From an uncultured Verrucomicrobiota bacterium (GTDB lineage Bacteria > Verrucomicrobiota > Verrucomicrobiia > Limisphaerales > UBA9464), in NCBI GenBank assembly GCA_903864375.1, contig CAIPFS010000043.1, positions 1 through 52,571 on the forward strand: DNA of 52,571 bases, in the 5' to 3' direction. Made by a program: the position numbers and the translations under genes. Below are positions 29,152 to 37,001 of the stretch, piece by piece (within the stretch, counting starts at the first letter, position 1; the number at the start of each line of letters is the position of its first letter). The notes beneath the pieces are model-generated. The model made no database searches and had not been told where the DNA came from. It saw only the letters and a program-made list of their open reading frames with translations.

Positions 29152-31953
29152 TTAAAACCAAATCGTGACCTTGATGGACGGTTCAGTCTGTCCCAAAATC
29201 AACCAGCCGTGCTCCGGAATCCATTCGGTTCCAGACAGCTGCGAATAGGAGCGTCCGTCCACCTCGACCCGAGGTTGATGCTGGAGACCGGATACCAACA
29301 GCCACCACGGATGGGCAGGCCAGGCACGGACATCCAACCGCATCCCTGTGCACACCCCCTTGGTGTCATACAATGGGGCCAGCTGGCTTACAGCCCCGGG
29401 TGCGTGGACGCTCACCATCGACCCGGACCCCAAGGCACGTGAGCAAAACGCGGGCTGGCCCAGGTAATCCGCCACACCCGGCAGGAGCGTGGCCGGATTG
29501 ATCGGAACCGGGTTCCGGACCTGAGCCTTGAGATCGAAACTGTCTGGCAACAATCCGATCAGACCCGGATCATCGCGGGTATGGGATTGCCGGACGCCCG
29601 ACCAGGCGATCCCGCGTGCCATCGGATACCAGTCCTTATTCCCTGATACATCAGCCAGGTCCAGCAGCGTCCGGGCATATACCAGGCCGCACCACTGCAC
29701 CGGCAGGCCAATCCAATTGGGGGCCACGTACTCGGTCGCTCCCAGGACGGGTGTGGTGGCGAAATACCCGACTGGATCAAAGCCCGTCGCCTGAAGGCGG
29801 ACGAAGGGAATTCCGGTCCAGGCCCAGTACTCGGCCTCGCGCAGCAGAGCGGGGTCGTTATTGCTAAGAACGGCTCCCAAACGGTAGATATCCGCCAACT
29901 GGGCCGATGCCAGGATATCCGGGGCGTGAAGCGGCACCTCCCAACTTTGGGCACCCCGGGGAACTCCAAATTTCCAGCGATCCAACGTTCGCAGTAACCG
30001 GAGCCCATCCTCGCGCAATCCGGGATCCCCCGTGATGAAGGCCGCCTGCAAGATGGTCTGAATGGGCTTTGAGACCAATCCATTGACCTCCCGTGATCCG
30101 TGGGTCTCGCTCAAGTCCACATGACCGACCGGTGGGGAATAGGCCATCACCCCGTTGGTCCCCAAGCGCTGTACCCATTGACGGGCCTCTTCTTGGAGCG
30201 CCACCAGGTTTTCCGCCACGTGGCCATAGACCAGCGGGATCAGAGGTTGTCGAATATGCCCAATTTGTGATGCATGCCAGGCGTTGACGGGCACCTCCGC
30301 GAGAGCGGCCGACGAGGCCGTGCGCAAGCGGTCCGCAAGTCCCGGTTCATGGACCCGTGTGGACAACCAGTCCATCCAGAGGGCCGCGTCCGCCGCAGGC
30401 TGAGCCCCAAAATTGGAACCGACCGCGTGGCTGAACCGATTGCCGTGCCGCAGGCGACTGTCCAACCAGCCATGGGCTGCGACGTCGAGAAAATCCGTCA
30501 CCGCCGCGCGTTCCTTCGTACCTTCCGCTCTCGGCGGCACATGCCGTCGGACCCAGCCTTGAACCGCGGGAATCACTGTAGTCCCGGTATACTTCGAAAG
30601 GGGCTCGGTTTCAAAAAATGGACCTGGCCTCGCATTGAGAACACCGCTGCCAGCCGATAGCGTCGCCTCCGCCGTCAACCGATCCCCGGTCGCCAAATGC
30701 ACCGGCTCATAGGGCAGTAACGCACCGTCCGGGCGTAGGGACGGTGCACTTCCAGGTGCGATCAGGCCAAGGACTGGTCCCCCGCTGTGCCAGGTACGGT
30801 CGGGAACGTCGAACAGGGCCGCCACGCGGTCATCCACGGTCCAGTCCAGCGACATCCAGACCTTGTCCGAAGCCACGGCCATCAGAGGAAAGGTGATCTT
30901 GGTCGGTTCGGGAACCCGTCGAAGGGCTTGGGGTCCCCTGAGAGTTCGTTCCGAACTGGAGGGTTCGTTCTCGAGGTATTCCACACCGGCGAACAAGGCC
31001 TGATGCGGCTCGGCACCGAAGACCTCCTCGCGGGGATGAATCAACAGCAATGGAGCGAAAAGGATGTCGATCTCCCGCTCGGCCGTCCAAGTGGTCTGAA
31101 CGTCGATCGTGTTGTCTTCCCGTCCAGGCGTGATGAGCTGCTGTAAGGCGAGAGTGCGGCCCGAGGACGTGGAGGCACGCGACTGAAGGGTGATTCCGGA
31201 ACCCGACCGATCGACCGTGGTCTTTTCCAGAGTACCGTTCGGATCCTCCCAGAGCAATTGACCGTTCTCGACCCATCCCCATGGGGCACGGGGGTGACCC
31301 TGGGCAACCAGCTGGCCGTCCCAAAGGAGGACATTCTCCCCCCAGCCACCGAGCTGTTGCCAGGTCAGCCGCCCGGAGCGGACTTCCGCCAGTGGATGGT
31401 TGGTGGCGCCGAGGCGGGGTGGAGTCCGCCAGGCAGGTTCGGCGTAAAGATGCCGCGGGGAACTGACCACGGACCGGACAACGCAACTTCCGCTTTCACC
31501 GGGAGGATCGAAGCGAAGATGAAAACCGGGGCCCAGGGCTGGAGTGGGAACTTTGACCGTGATCCAATTGGTCGTCGAAACGGAAAAGCGGATGGAATCG
31601 GGCTCCCTGGGCCCGTCCTGGAACCAAAAAATCTGTCCGTTTCCGACCTGTGCCGAGCGCAGCGTGACTTCCAGCCAGCCGGTTTGATTTACGGGATAAT
31701 CCCGGGCCGGACCCTGCACAAAGGGATCCGGACCGGTAATTTGAAACTGGAGTCCCTCGGCTGTCGCCGTCAGGACCGCGTCATGCGGGCCTGTCCATTC
31801 CAGGGCCGCCGTCGCGTTGGTCAGCCAGAATGCAGGCCAGATGGTCTCCCCAGCCTTGAGGCGGATTCCGGTGGAGAACAGGCAGCAGACTGCCCCAACG
31901 AGGAGATGGTGCCAGATTCCGGATCTTGAAAAGGGCCTGTAAAGCGGGTCCAT
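29152..31953 (-). CDS. hypothetical large secreted/anchored protein (933 aa), no family recognised
   Basis: ATG at 31953 gives an N-terminal hydrophobic segment (IWHHLLVGAVCCLF). Uninterrupted ORF with ordinary amino-acid composition. Trp-rich C-terminal half could be a helical toroid, but this is a guess. Confidence 0.55.
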   Translation of the reverse strand: MDPLYRPFSRSGIWHHLLVGAVCCLFSTGIRLKAGETIWPAFWLTNATAALEWTGPHDAVLTATAEGLQFQITGPDPFVQGPARDYPVNQTGWLEVTLRSAQVGNGQIFWFQDGPREPDSIRFSVSTTNWITVKVPTPALGPGFHLRFDPPGESGSCVVRSVVSSPRHLYAEPAWRTPPRLGATNHPLAEVRSGRLTWQQLGGWGENVLLWDGQLVAQGHPRAPWGWVENGQLLWEDPNGTLEKTTVDRSGSGITLQSRASTSSGRTLALQQLITPGREDNTIDVQTTWTAEREIDILFAPLLLIHPREEVFGAEPHQALFAGVEYLENEPSSSERTLRGPQALRRVPEPTKITFPLMAVASDKVWMSLDWTVDDRVAALFDVPDRTWHSGGPVLGLIAPGSAPSLRPDGALLPYEPVHLATGDRLTAEATLSAGSGVLNARPGPFFETEPLSKYTGTTVIPAVQGWVRRHVPPRAEGTKERAAVTDFLDVAAHGWLDSRLRHGNRFSHAVGSNFGAQPAADAALWMDWLSTRVHEPGLADRLRTASSAALAEVPVNAWHASQIGHIRQPLIPLVYGHVAENLVALQEEARQWVQRLGTNGVMAYSPPVGHVDLSETHGSREVNGLVSKPIQTILQAAFITGDPGLREDGLRLLRTLDRWKFGVPRGAQSWEVPLHAPDILASAQLADIYRLGAVLSNNDPALLREAEYWAWTGIPFVRLQATGFDPVGYFATTPVLGATEYVAPNWIGLPVQWCGLVYARTLLDLADVSGNKDWYPMARGIAWSGVRQSHTRDDPGLIGLLPDSFDLKAQVRNPVPINPATLLPGVADYLGQPAFCSRALGSGSMVSVHAPGAVSQLAPLYDTKGVCTGMRLDVRAWPAHPWWLLVSGLQHQPRVEVDGRSYSQLSGTEWIPEHGWLILGQTEPSIKVTIWF

Positions 31954-32122
31954 GACGTTTTGGACGATGTCCCGAATCCGCCCTTCAACGCAATGGAATG
32001 ACAATGGGTCCCATGGATACCCGTCCAAGCCGCACCTCATCCGACCCAACGGGTTCCACCATGGAAGCTTTTCATCTCTTGACTGTCCCACTGTCCTATG
32101 CCAGTTTAACTTCGTTGTTCCC

Positions 32123-32527
32123 ATGATTGCTCTTCTTAATTTTCGCTCCGGCGTTCCTGTCTATCGCCAGATTGTCGAGCAGGTGAAGGCGGCTGCGGCG
32201 GGCGGGATATTGCGAGGCGGCGATCCGTTGCCGTCCGTCCGGGCACTGGCAGAGGAGCTTCGCATCAACCGGAATACGGCCGCAAAAGCGTATGCGGAGC
32301 TGGAGGCGGAGGGCGTCATCGAGACCCGGGCCGGCAAGGGTTGCTTTCTGAAGACAGGATCACCTTCGCCCCTGCGCCGGAGCGTCCGTGCGGAACGATT
32401 GGCCGAGGCGGTGGATTCGGTGATCGTCCAGGCCCACCACCTTCAAATCCCGCCGGGAGAGCTCACAGAACTTCTGGCGCAGCGTCTTCAACATTTTCAA
32501 CAACAGCAGGCCGATCGTCCTGAATAG
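32123..32527 (+). CDS. GntR family transcriptional regulator (YtrA subfamily, short effector domain)
   Basis: ATG at 32123. VPVYRQIVEQVKAAAAGGILRGGDPLPSVRALAEELRINRNTAAKAYAELEAEGVIETRAGKGCFL is a GntR wHTH. Only 134 aa and followed by an ABC ATPase. Confidence 0.85.
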   Translation: MIALLNFRSGVPVYRQIVEQVKAAAAGGILRGGDPLPSVRALAEELRINRNTAAKAYAELEAEGVIETRAGKGCFLKTGSPSPLRRSVRAERLAEAVDSVIVQAHHLQIPPGELTELLAQRLQHFQQQQADRPE

Positions 32528-32540
32528 GGCACCCATCCCC

Positions 32541-33449
32541 ATGAACACGTCACCCGTGATTGACATCCAAAATCTGGTGTACCGGTACGACCGCAGCGAG
32601 GCCGTCAACGGACTCTCCCTTCGCGTGGAACCGGGACAATGCCACGGTTTTTTTGGCCGCAATGGAGCGGGAAAAACCACCACCATCAAATGCCTGTTGA
32701 ACCTGCTGCGCCCTCAATCAGGCAGTGTGAGTGTGTTCGGGCTTTCACCGGGTCGCCATGAGGCCGCTGTCAAAGAACGGCTGGCGTACGTTCCCGACTC
32801 AGTCGCCTTTTATCCCTGGATGACAGTCCGCGACGCCCTCGATTATCAGGCGAGCTTTCGACGGCATTGGAACCGACGGATTGAGACGGAACTGTTGGAT
32901 CGCTTCCAACTCGATCCGACGCTGGCCACCACCGCCCTCAGCAAAGGTCAGCGCACCCAGGTCGCTCTCATCGGAGCCGTCTGTCCTGAACCGGAACTCC
33001 TCGTCCTGGATGAACCAACGTCCGGTCTGGACCCGCTCGTCCGACGGGAATTCATCCAGACGGTGATCGGGGCCTATCAGGATGCAGCCCCCGGTGAACG
33101 AACGGTGCTGGTCTCGACCCATCTGATTTCGGAATTTGAAGGATTGATTGATCGGTTCACCATCGTGGACCACGGGAGGGCCATTTTGACGGCCGATGCC
33201 GACGACGCCCGAAGTCGGTACCGACGGTTGAGGGCGGAATTCGCGCACGATGCACCCGACGCGGGGTCCGTTCCAGGTGCCCGAACCCTGCGTCGTGAGG
33301 GCCGGTGGCTCGAACTGATGGTCAATGGCGAGGCAGAATCCGTCGTGGCCTGGCTTCAAAATGCAAAAGCCCTTCGGGTGGAATCCGAAGCCCTGGCCCT
33401 GGAGGACATTTTCCTCGCCGCCGCTGGATCGAAGGGAGGCCTCCCATGA
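32541..33449 (+). CDS. ABC transporter ATP-binding protein
   Basis: Walker A GRNGAGKTT, signature LSKGQRTQ and Walker B LLVLDEPTSGLD. Confidence 0.9.
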   Translation: MNTSPVIDIQNLVYRYDRSEAVNGLSLRVEPGQCHGFFGRNGAGKTTTIKCLLNLLRPQSGSVSVFGLSPGRHEAAVKERLAYVPDSVAFYPWMTVRDALDYQASFRRHWNRRIETELLDRFQLDPTLATTALSKGQRTQVALIGAVCPEPELLVLDEPTSGLDPLVRREFIQTVIGAYQDAAPGERTVLVSTHLISEFEGLIDRFTIVDHGRAILTADADDARSRYRRLRAEFAHDAPDAGSVPGARTLRREGRWLELMVNGEAESVVAWLQNAKALRVESEALALEDIFLAAAGSKGGLP

Positions 33450-35323
33450 ACCGTTTTTACTCCTGGTCCCGCGGACGGTTCCATCCCGCCTGGTGGCTGC
33501 TGGTCTTGCTGCCGTTGGGCTATTTTCTGGAGGACCAAGCGGAGGTATGGAACGGCATTCCGGCCATCGAATTTTGTCGGTTGTTTGTCTTTGGTACCGC
33601 GGTCATTGGGATGCTCCTCCTGGCTGTCCGCACCGAAGCTGGATGGAGCTGGCGGGTCACCAAGGAATTCCGCCTGCAACTGCCCGGGGCGCTCCTCGCG
33701 TCTCTGGCGCCCTCCCTTGCCCTGCTGGTCGACGACGATCCCCGTTCCTGGTCCTGGCCCCCCTGGTTGATGGCTTACGCCGGCGGCTGCCTTTGGATGG
33801 GTGCGACGACCTTTGGCGCAGAGTTTGAAGGCCGGACGCTCCATGCCCTGCTGGCTCAACCGATTTCACGGCGGCGGTTGTATTGGGAAAAGATGGGGCC
33901 TCTCCTGGTGCTTGAGCTTCTGGCGGTCGTCGCACTGGACACCTTCGGTCCGGCGAATCGTTGGTACGGTGCCGACCATCAATTTCCAGTGTTTCTTCTC
34001 GTCCCTCCTCTGATGGCTGTTGCCACAGGACCGACTCTGGGACTGATTTGCCGGGGCACTCTGCCCGCCCTGGTTGGGATGGTGGGATTTCCTGTCGCCC
34101 TCTTGTGGATGCTGGCCATCGGACAATCCATCGCTCAATGGGCGACGGGACGGCAGGACACCGTTGCGGTCATTAACCCCTCGGCCATGAATTCTGTCAG
34201 CGTCAGCTGTCTGGGAGTCTACCTCGTGGGAATGGCGGTGGCCGGTCATCGACGCTTCCTCCGGTTTGAATCCCGGGGAGAGGCCACCGGAGGAGGGGGC
34301 ATTGGCTACCGGTTTTCCCTTCCCGTGGATTGGGTGGTCCGGCGGAGCCTGACCGGACCCGTCGGGGCATTGGTCCGGAAAGAACTCCGACTGCAAATCA
34401 TCCCCTTCCTGACCGCCGGATTGAGTCTCCTGATTGGTGGGATGGTGCTGACCCTGCGTTGGGTCGCCAACGGCATCGGAGACGATCAATCCGGCGTGGC
34501 GGTCGCCGCCCGGGACGCGGGCGCCTGGCTTGCGCTTCTCGGCATCCTGGGGGCGGGGACCTGCCTTGCTGCCGGCGTGATCCCCATTGCCGAAGAGCGG
34601 GCCCTGGGGACGCTGGATGCCCAATTGACGCTGCCGTTCACCGTGCGCCGCCTCTGGTGGATCAAGGGATGGGTCGCACTGGGCACTTCGGTTTGTCTCG
34701 GCCTGCTGCTACCACTGGCACTGGCGAGGGCCCTGTTTCCAGGCGTCTTTGAATTCCAGAATGGCGATGAATGGTCTTTGGCCCTGGTGATCGTCTTCGG
34801 TCTGTGGCTCACATTGATCGGGTTTTATGCCTCGTCTTTTTCCCGGAATTCCGTGAAGGCCGTCTTTGCTTCGCTGGCAATCCTGGGACTCTTCACAGGG
34901 TTGGTCAGCATCGCGGCAGCCATCGCCTCGCGCTGGATTTGGCCGAACCTGGACACCTTTCCGCAGTTTGATGCGGTCATTCAATCTATCCCTGGCTTCT
35001 CCCGTTTCACCCATTCCATCGTGGCGAATTCGGTCGGTTTTCGCTTTCTAACATTCGCACTACCTGCTGGCCTGATGACCCTTCCGTTCATTTTGTTTTG
35101 GTTGAAGTGTTCCATTTGCCATCTGCGATGCGGCATACCATCGGTTCGTCGAATGTTATGGGAAACATTTCAGTGGTCTGCGTTGGCGTTGTCTTTGGCC
35201 GTTATCGTGGATACCACGGTCGTCCTCGCCATAAACTCCATTGCATCTCATTTAAGGCATCAGGCTGAGGAGGAAAACGCCCGATGGAAGGAACTAAGGC
35301 AGTCGCAGCATCCGCACAAATAG
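33446..35323 (+). CDS. large polytopic membrane protein, putative ABC-2-type permease partner
   Basis: ATG at 33446 overlaps the ATPase stop (ATGA). 625 aa with many hydrophobic helices. Positioned as in YtrA-type GntR-ABC modules. Confidence 0.6.
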   Translation: MNRFYSWSRGRFHPAWWLLVLLPLGYFLEDQAEVWNGIPAIEFCRLFVFGTAVIGMLLLAVRTEAGWSWRVTKEFRLQLPGALLASLAPSLALLVDDDPRSWSWPPWLMAYAGGCLWMGATTFGAEFEGRTLHALLAQPISRRRLYWEKMGPLLVLELLAVVALDTFGPANRWYGADHQFPVFLLVPPLMAVATGPTLGLICRGTLPALVGMVGFPVALLWMLAIGQSIAQWATGRQDTVAVINPSAMNSVSVSCLGVYLVGMAVAGHRRFLRFESRGEATGGGGIGYRFSLPVDWVVRRSLTGPVGALVRKELRLQIIPFLTAGLSLLIGGMVLTLRWVANGIGDDQSGVAVAARDAGAWLALLGILGAGTCLAAGVIPIAEERALGTLDAQLTLPFTVRRLWWIKGWVALGTSVCLGLLLPLALARALFPGVFEFQNGDEWSLALVIVFGLWLTLIGFYASSFSRNSVKAVFASLAILGLFTGLVSIAAAIASRWIWPNLDTFPQFDAVIQSIPGFSRFTHSIVANSVGFRFLTFALPAGLMTLPFILFWLKCSICHLRCGIPSVRRMLWETFQWSALALSLAVIVDTTVVLAINSIASHLRHQAEEENARWKELRQSQHPHK

Positions 35324-35452
35324 GCCTGTTCCCCATGAACCTCAATGGGCGGGAGCTCGATTCGCCCCCGGGAGTCCAGCACTCTCCCGTTCTAAAGGCA
35401 CCCCGGAGGTGAGGTTCCTGCCAGGCTGTCGGGACGAAGCAACGCCCTGAAC

Positions 35453-35653
35453 TCAACCCCCGCCGCCCGTGTCCTGGGGCTCCCGGACAACCGGAGCACC
35501 TCCTTCTCCCCCACGCTTGCGCCGGGCCACGGCCTGTTTCAACAGGTACTCCACCTGGCCGTTGACACTGCGCATCTCATCCTGTGCCCAGGCCTCCAAT
35601 TCGGCCCAGAGCACAGGATCGATCCGCATCAGGAATGCCTTTCGTTCTGCCAT
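35453..35653 (-). CDS. Arc/ribbon-helix-helix family DNA-binding protein
   Basis: 66 aa. KAFLMRIDPVLWAELEAWAQDEMRSVNGQVEYLLKQAVARR fits strand-helix-helix with the RS.N signature. Starts 6 nt after the SPFH stop. Confidence 0.65.
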   Translation of the reverse strand: MAERKAFLMRIDPVLWAELEAWAQDEMRSVNGQVEYLLKQAVARRKRGGEGGAPVVREPQDTGGGG

Positions 35654-35659
35654 TCCAGC

Positions 35660-36613
35660 TCAGGCGTAAAGGGTCCCCGTATTGACCACCGGATGCACCT
35701 CCGACTCACCGCAGAGCACCACCATCAGGTTGCTGACCATGGCCGCCCGTCGATCGTCATCCAATTGGACCACCTGTTTGAGTGCCAGTTCGCGAAGGGC
35801 CATGTCGACCATGCTCACCGCCCCTTGAACAATCTTTTGCCGGGCGGCGATCACCGCCTCCGCCTGCTGCCGACGCAACATCGCCTGGGCGATCTCCGGG
35901 GCGTAGGCCAGATGAGTCAGGCGTGCCTCCTCCACGACCAGGCCGGCTTTCGCCAACCGCTCCTGAAGCTCACCCTTCAACGCCTGGGACACCTCGGTCA
36001 CGCCATTCAACAAGGTGACCTCATGATCCTCTCCGTGGTCGTAGGCAAAACAACTCGCCATGTGCCGGAGGGCGGATTCGGTCTGGGTGGCGACATACTT
36101 TTCGTAGTCATCCACGTCAAAGGTGGCCTGTGCCGTGTCCTGCACGCGCCAGATGATCACCGACGCGATTTCAATCGGGTTGCCCCGCTTGTCGTTCACC
36201 TTAAGGCGGTCGCCGTTAAAGGTGCGCGAACGAAGCGACAACCGGTACTTGCGAACCATCTTGCCGCCAGCCGCACTCGCGTACTTGGAATAGAACGGAT
36301 TCCCCCAATGGAACCCACTCTGCCGGACAGTGCCGCGATAGGCCCCGAAAAGAATCAAGACCTGTCCTTCGTTGGGTTGGAGGGTAAAGAATCCAAATGC
36401 CAGAATCGTGGTTCCAAACAGAAGAAGCACGGCGGCGGCAATTCCCATTCCCAACCCCACTCCGGATAGCTCTTGTTGGTTGCCCGCAATGATGGACAAC
36501 ACCAACAGGGCCGGCGAGGCGAGAAAGCCCAGCACCACTACCGGCAGAACGGTCCAACCGTTCAACACCTGGATTTCCTGTTCCCGATTCACTGAATTTT
36601 TCTTGTCGTTCAT
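35660..36613 (-). CDS. SPFH/band 7 domain protein with two N-terminal TM helices
   Basis: ATG at 36613. TM region, then an SPFH core (VLILFGAYRGTVRQSGFHWGNPF...) and a coiled-coil AEAVIAARQKIVQGAV region. Confidence 0.85.
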   Translation of the reverse strand: MNDKKNSVNREQEIQVLNGWTVLPVVVLGFLASPALLVLSIIAGNQQELSGVGLGMGIAAAVLLLFGTTILAFGFFTLQPNEGQVLILFGAYRGTVRQSGFHWGNPFYSKYASAAGGKMVRKYRLSLRSRTFNGDRLKVNDKRGNPIEIASVIIWRVQDTAQATFDVDDYEKYVATQTESALRHMASCFAYDHGEDHEVTLLNGVTEVSQALKGELQERLAKAGLVVEEARLTHLAYAPEIAQAMLRRQQAEAVIAARQKIVQGAVSMVDMALRELALKQVVQLDDDRRAAMVSNLMVVLCGESEVHPVVNTGTLYA

Positions 36614-36637
36614 ATGCGTCGAGTCATTCGACGTTCA

Positions 36638-36665
36638 GATATCTAAGTGATATCACTTCGATATT
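36638..36665. promoter_or_regulatory. operator-like 28-nt near-palindrome with three GATAT(C/T) hexamers at 11-bp phasing
   Basis: GATATCTAAGTGATATCACTTCGATATT. Hexamers start at 36638, 36649 and 36660. The central AAGTGATATCACTT (36645..36658) is a perfect 14-nt palindrome. It lies 25-52 nt upstream of the SPFH ATG. Confidence 0.5.
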
Positions 36666-36953
36666 CAAGAATTACTTTCGGGCTTTTGTAACCAAACAGA
36701 GGGACAGGTCCGTTGTTGGTTTCGGCGGTCGGCTCAAAGGTTTTCTTCCACCTGGAGCTCAAGGTGTCAGGCACGAACGCCATCGCCACGCTGCCATCCC
36801 GGCCTGGGCCAGCGGCCCAGGCTGAGATGGAGACGGGCCTTTGGTCCTGGGGATCATCAACAACCAACCCGTCCCTGATTCGTGCCATCTTGGTTCCGGA
36901 CGCTGGGTTCAATTCCCAGGTCCCTAGATTGGATCAGGGACTTACAGGAGCGC

Positions 36954-36987
36954 ATCCCTCCGATGGAAATGTTTCCTTCGGAGGGAT
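36954..36987 (-). terminator. hairpin 15 nt downstream of the heme-protein stop (putative terminator or stabiliser, no U-tract)
   Basis: Perfect 10-bp stem ATCCCTCCGA / TCGGAGGGAT around a 14-nt loop. Confidence 0.4.
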
Positions 36988-37001
36988 TTGCGTCCGGATC
37001 T

